In this document: positions 17,264-17,515 of the stretch, in pieces | Position numbering within the stretch: the first letter of the stretch is position 1 | Layout: each line of letters opens with the position of its first letter | Assembly (NCBI GenBank): GCA_016840855.1 | Contig: JAEORO010000081.1 | Coordinates: 1 to 17,515 of the forward strand | Direction: 5' to 3' | Length of the DNA: 17,515 bases | DNA from: Candidatus Thorarchaeota archaeon | Lineage (GTDB): Archaea; Asgardarchaeota; Thorarchaeia; Thorarchaeales; Thorarchaeaceae | Made by a program: the position numbers and the translations under genes | Notes under the pieces: generated by a model | What the model saw: the letters and a program-made list of their open reading frames with translations, nothing else | Database searches by the model: none | Told to the model about the DNA's origin: nothing

Positions 17264-17381
17264 TGGTGCCGAGGATGGGATTCGAACCCACGAACTCCTA
17301 CAAGAACGGATGCCTCATCATAGTCTGGCGACAATTGATTGATCTTGAGTCCGTCGCCGTTGACCGCTTGGCTACCTCGGC
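17264..17381 (-). tRNA. trnL: tRNA-Leu(CAA) with a 32-nt canonical intron (17312-17343) and encoded CCA
   Basis: The reverse complement reads GCCGAGG TAGCCAAGCGGTCAACGGCG ACGGA CT CAA G [intron] A TCCGT, then a long variable arm, GTGGG TTCGAAT CCCAT CCTCGGC A CCA. BHB motif: CUCA/UGAG 4-bp helix with AG|A and GC|A 3-nt bulges. Confidence 0.96.
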
Positions 17382-17515
17382 TCATCATGTAGGAAGATTT
17401 AATCTCAATATAGCCGTTTTGGCTACTTTGACAGAATATTAGAATTTACAATGGTCTTAACTTGTTTCTAAATGAGGTCTAATCTTGGCATAGAAATCTG
17501 AGATAATCTTAGACC

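Noticed and set aside
15036-17381. Integrated element at the tRNA-Leu 3' end carrying polX
   Set aside because: No integrase, transposase or viral genes were seen, and I noticed no duplicate of the tRNA 3' end in the window.

Overview
A 17.5-kb archaeal chromosomal segment, most likely from an Asgard archaeon such as a Thorarchaeote. This assignment is inferred from a BHB-intron tRNA, TATA/oligo-T signals, GGAGG/GGTG ribosome-binding sites and a longin-like protein. Gene order: a 5'-truncated membrane protein, an exported membrane-anchored DJ-1/PfpI protein, SRPBCC and DinB proteins, a longin-like plus helical protein, a two-gene Fe-S pair, a split PEP-synthase-like dikinase (separate ATP-grasp and phospho-His genes) divergent from a ~385-aa unknown protein and an AttH/CrtC-like protein, a membrane alpha/beta hydrolase, a SAM methyltransferase, an AcuC/HDAC-family deacetylase, a URO-D-family protein, PolX, and tRNA-Leu(CAA) with a 32-nt intron. 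Two observations stand out. (1) A probable multi-subunit dikinase with an unknown acceptor (6618-10164), with a helically phased repeat in its divergent promoter. (2) An unannotated unit of three small ORFs between polX and the tRNA (16854-17181), with a TATA box, an upstream repeat array, SD coupling and a T-tract; two of the peptides look paralogous (MAL...F.LK...STDA[LI]T..Y..RR).
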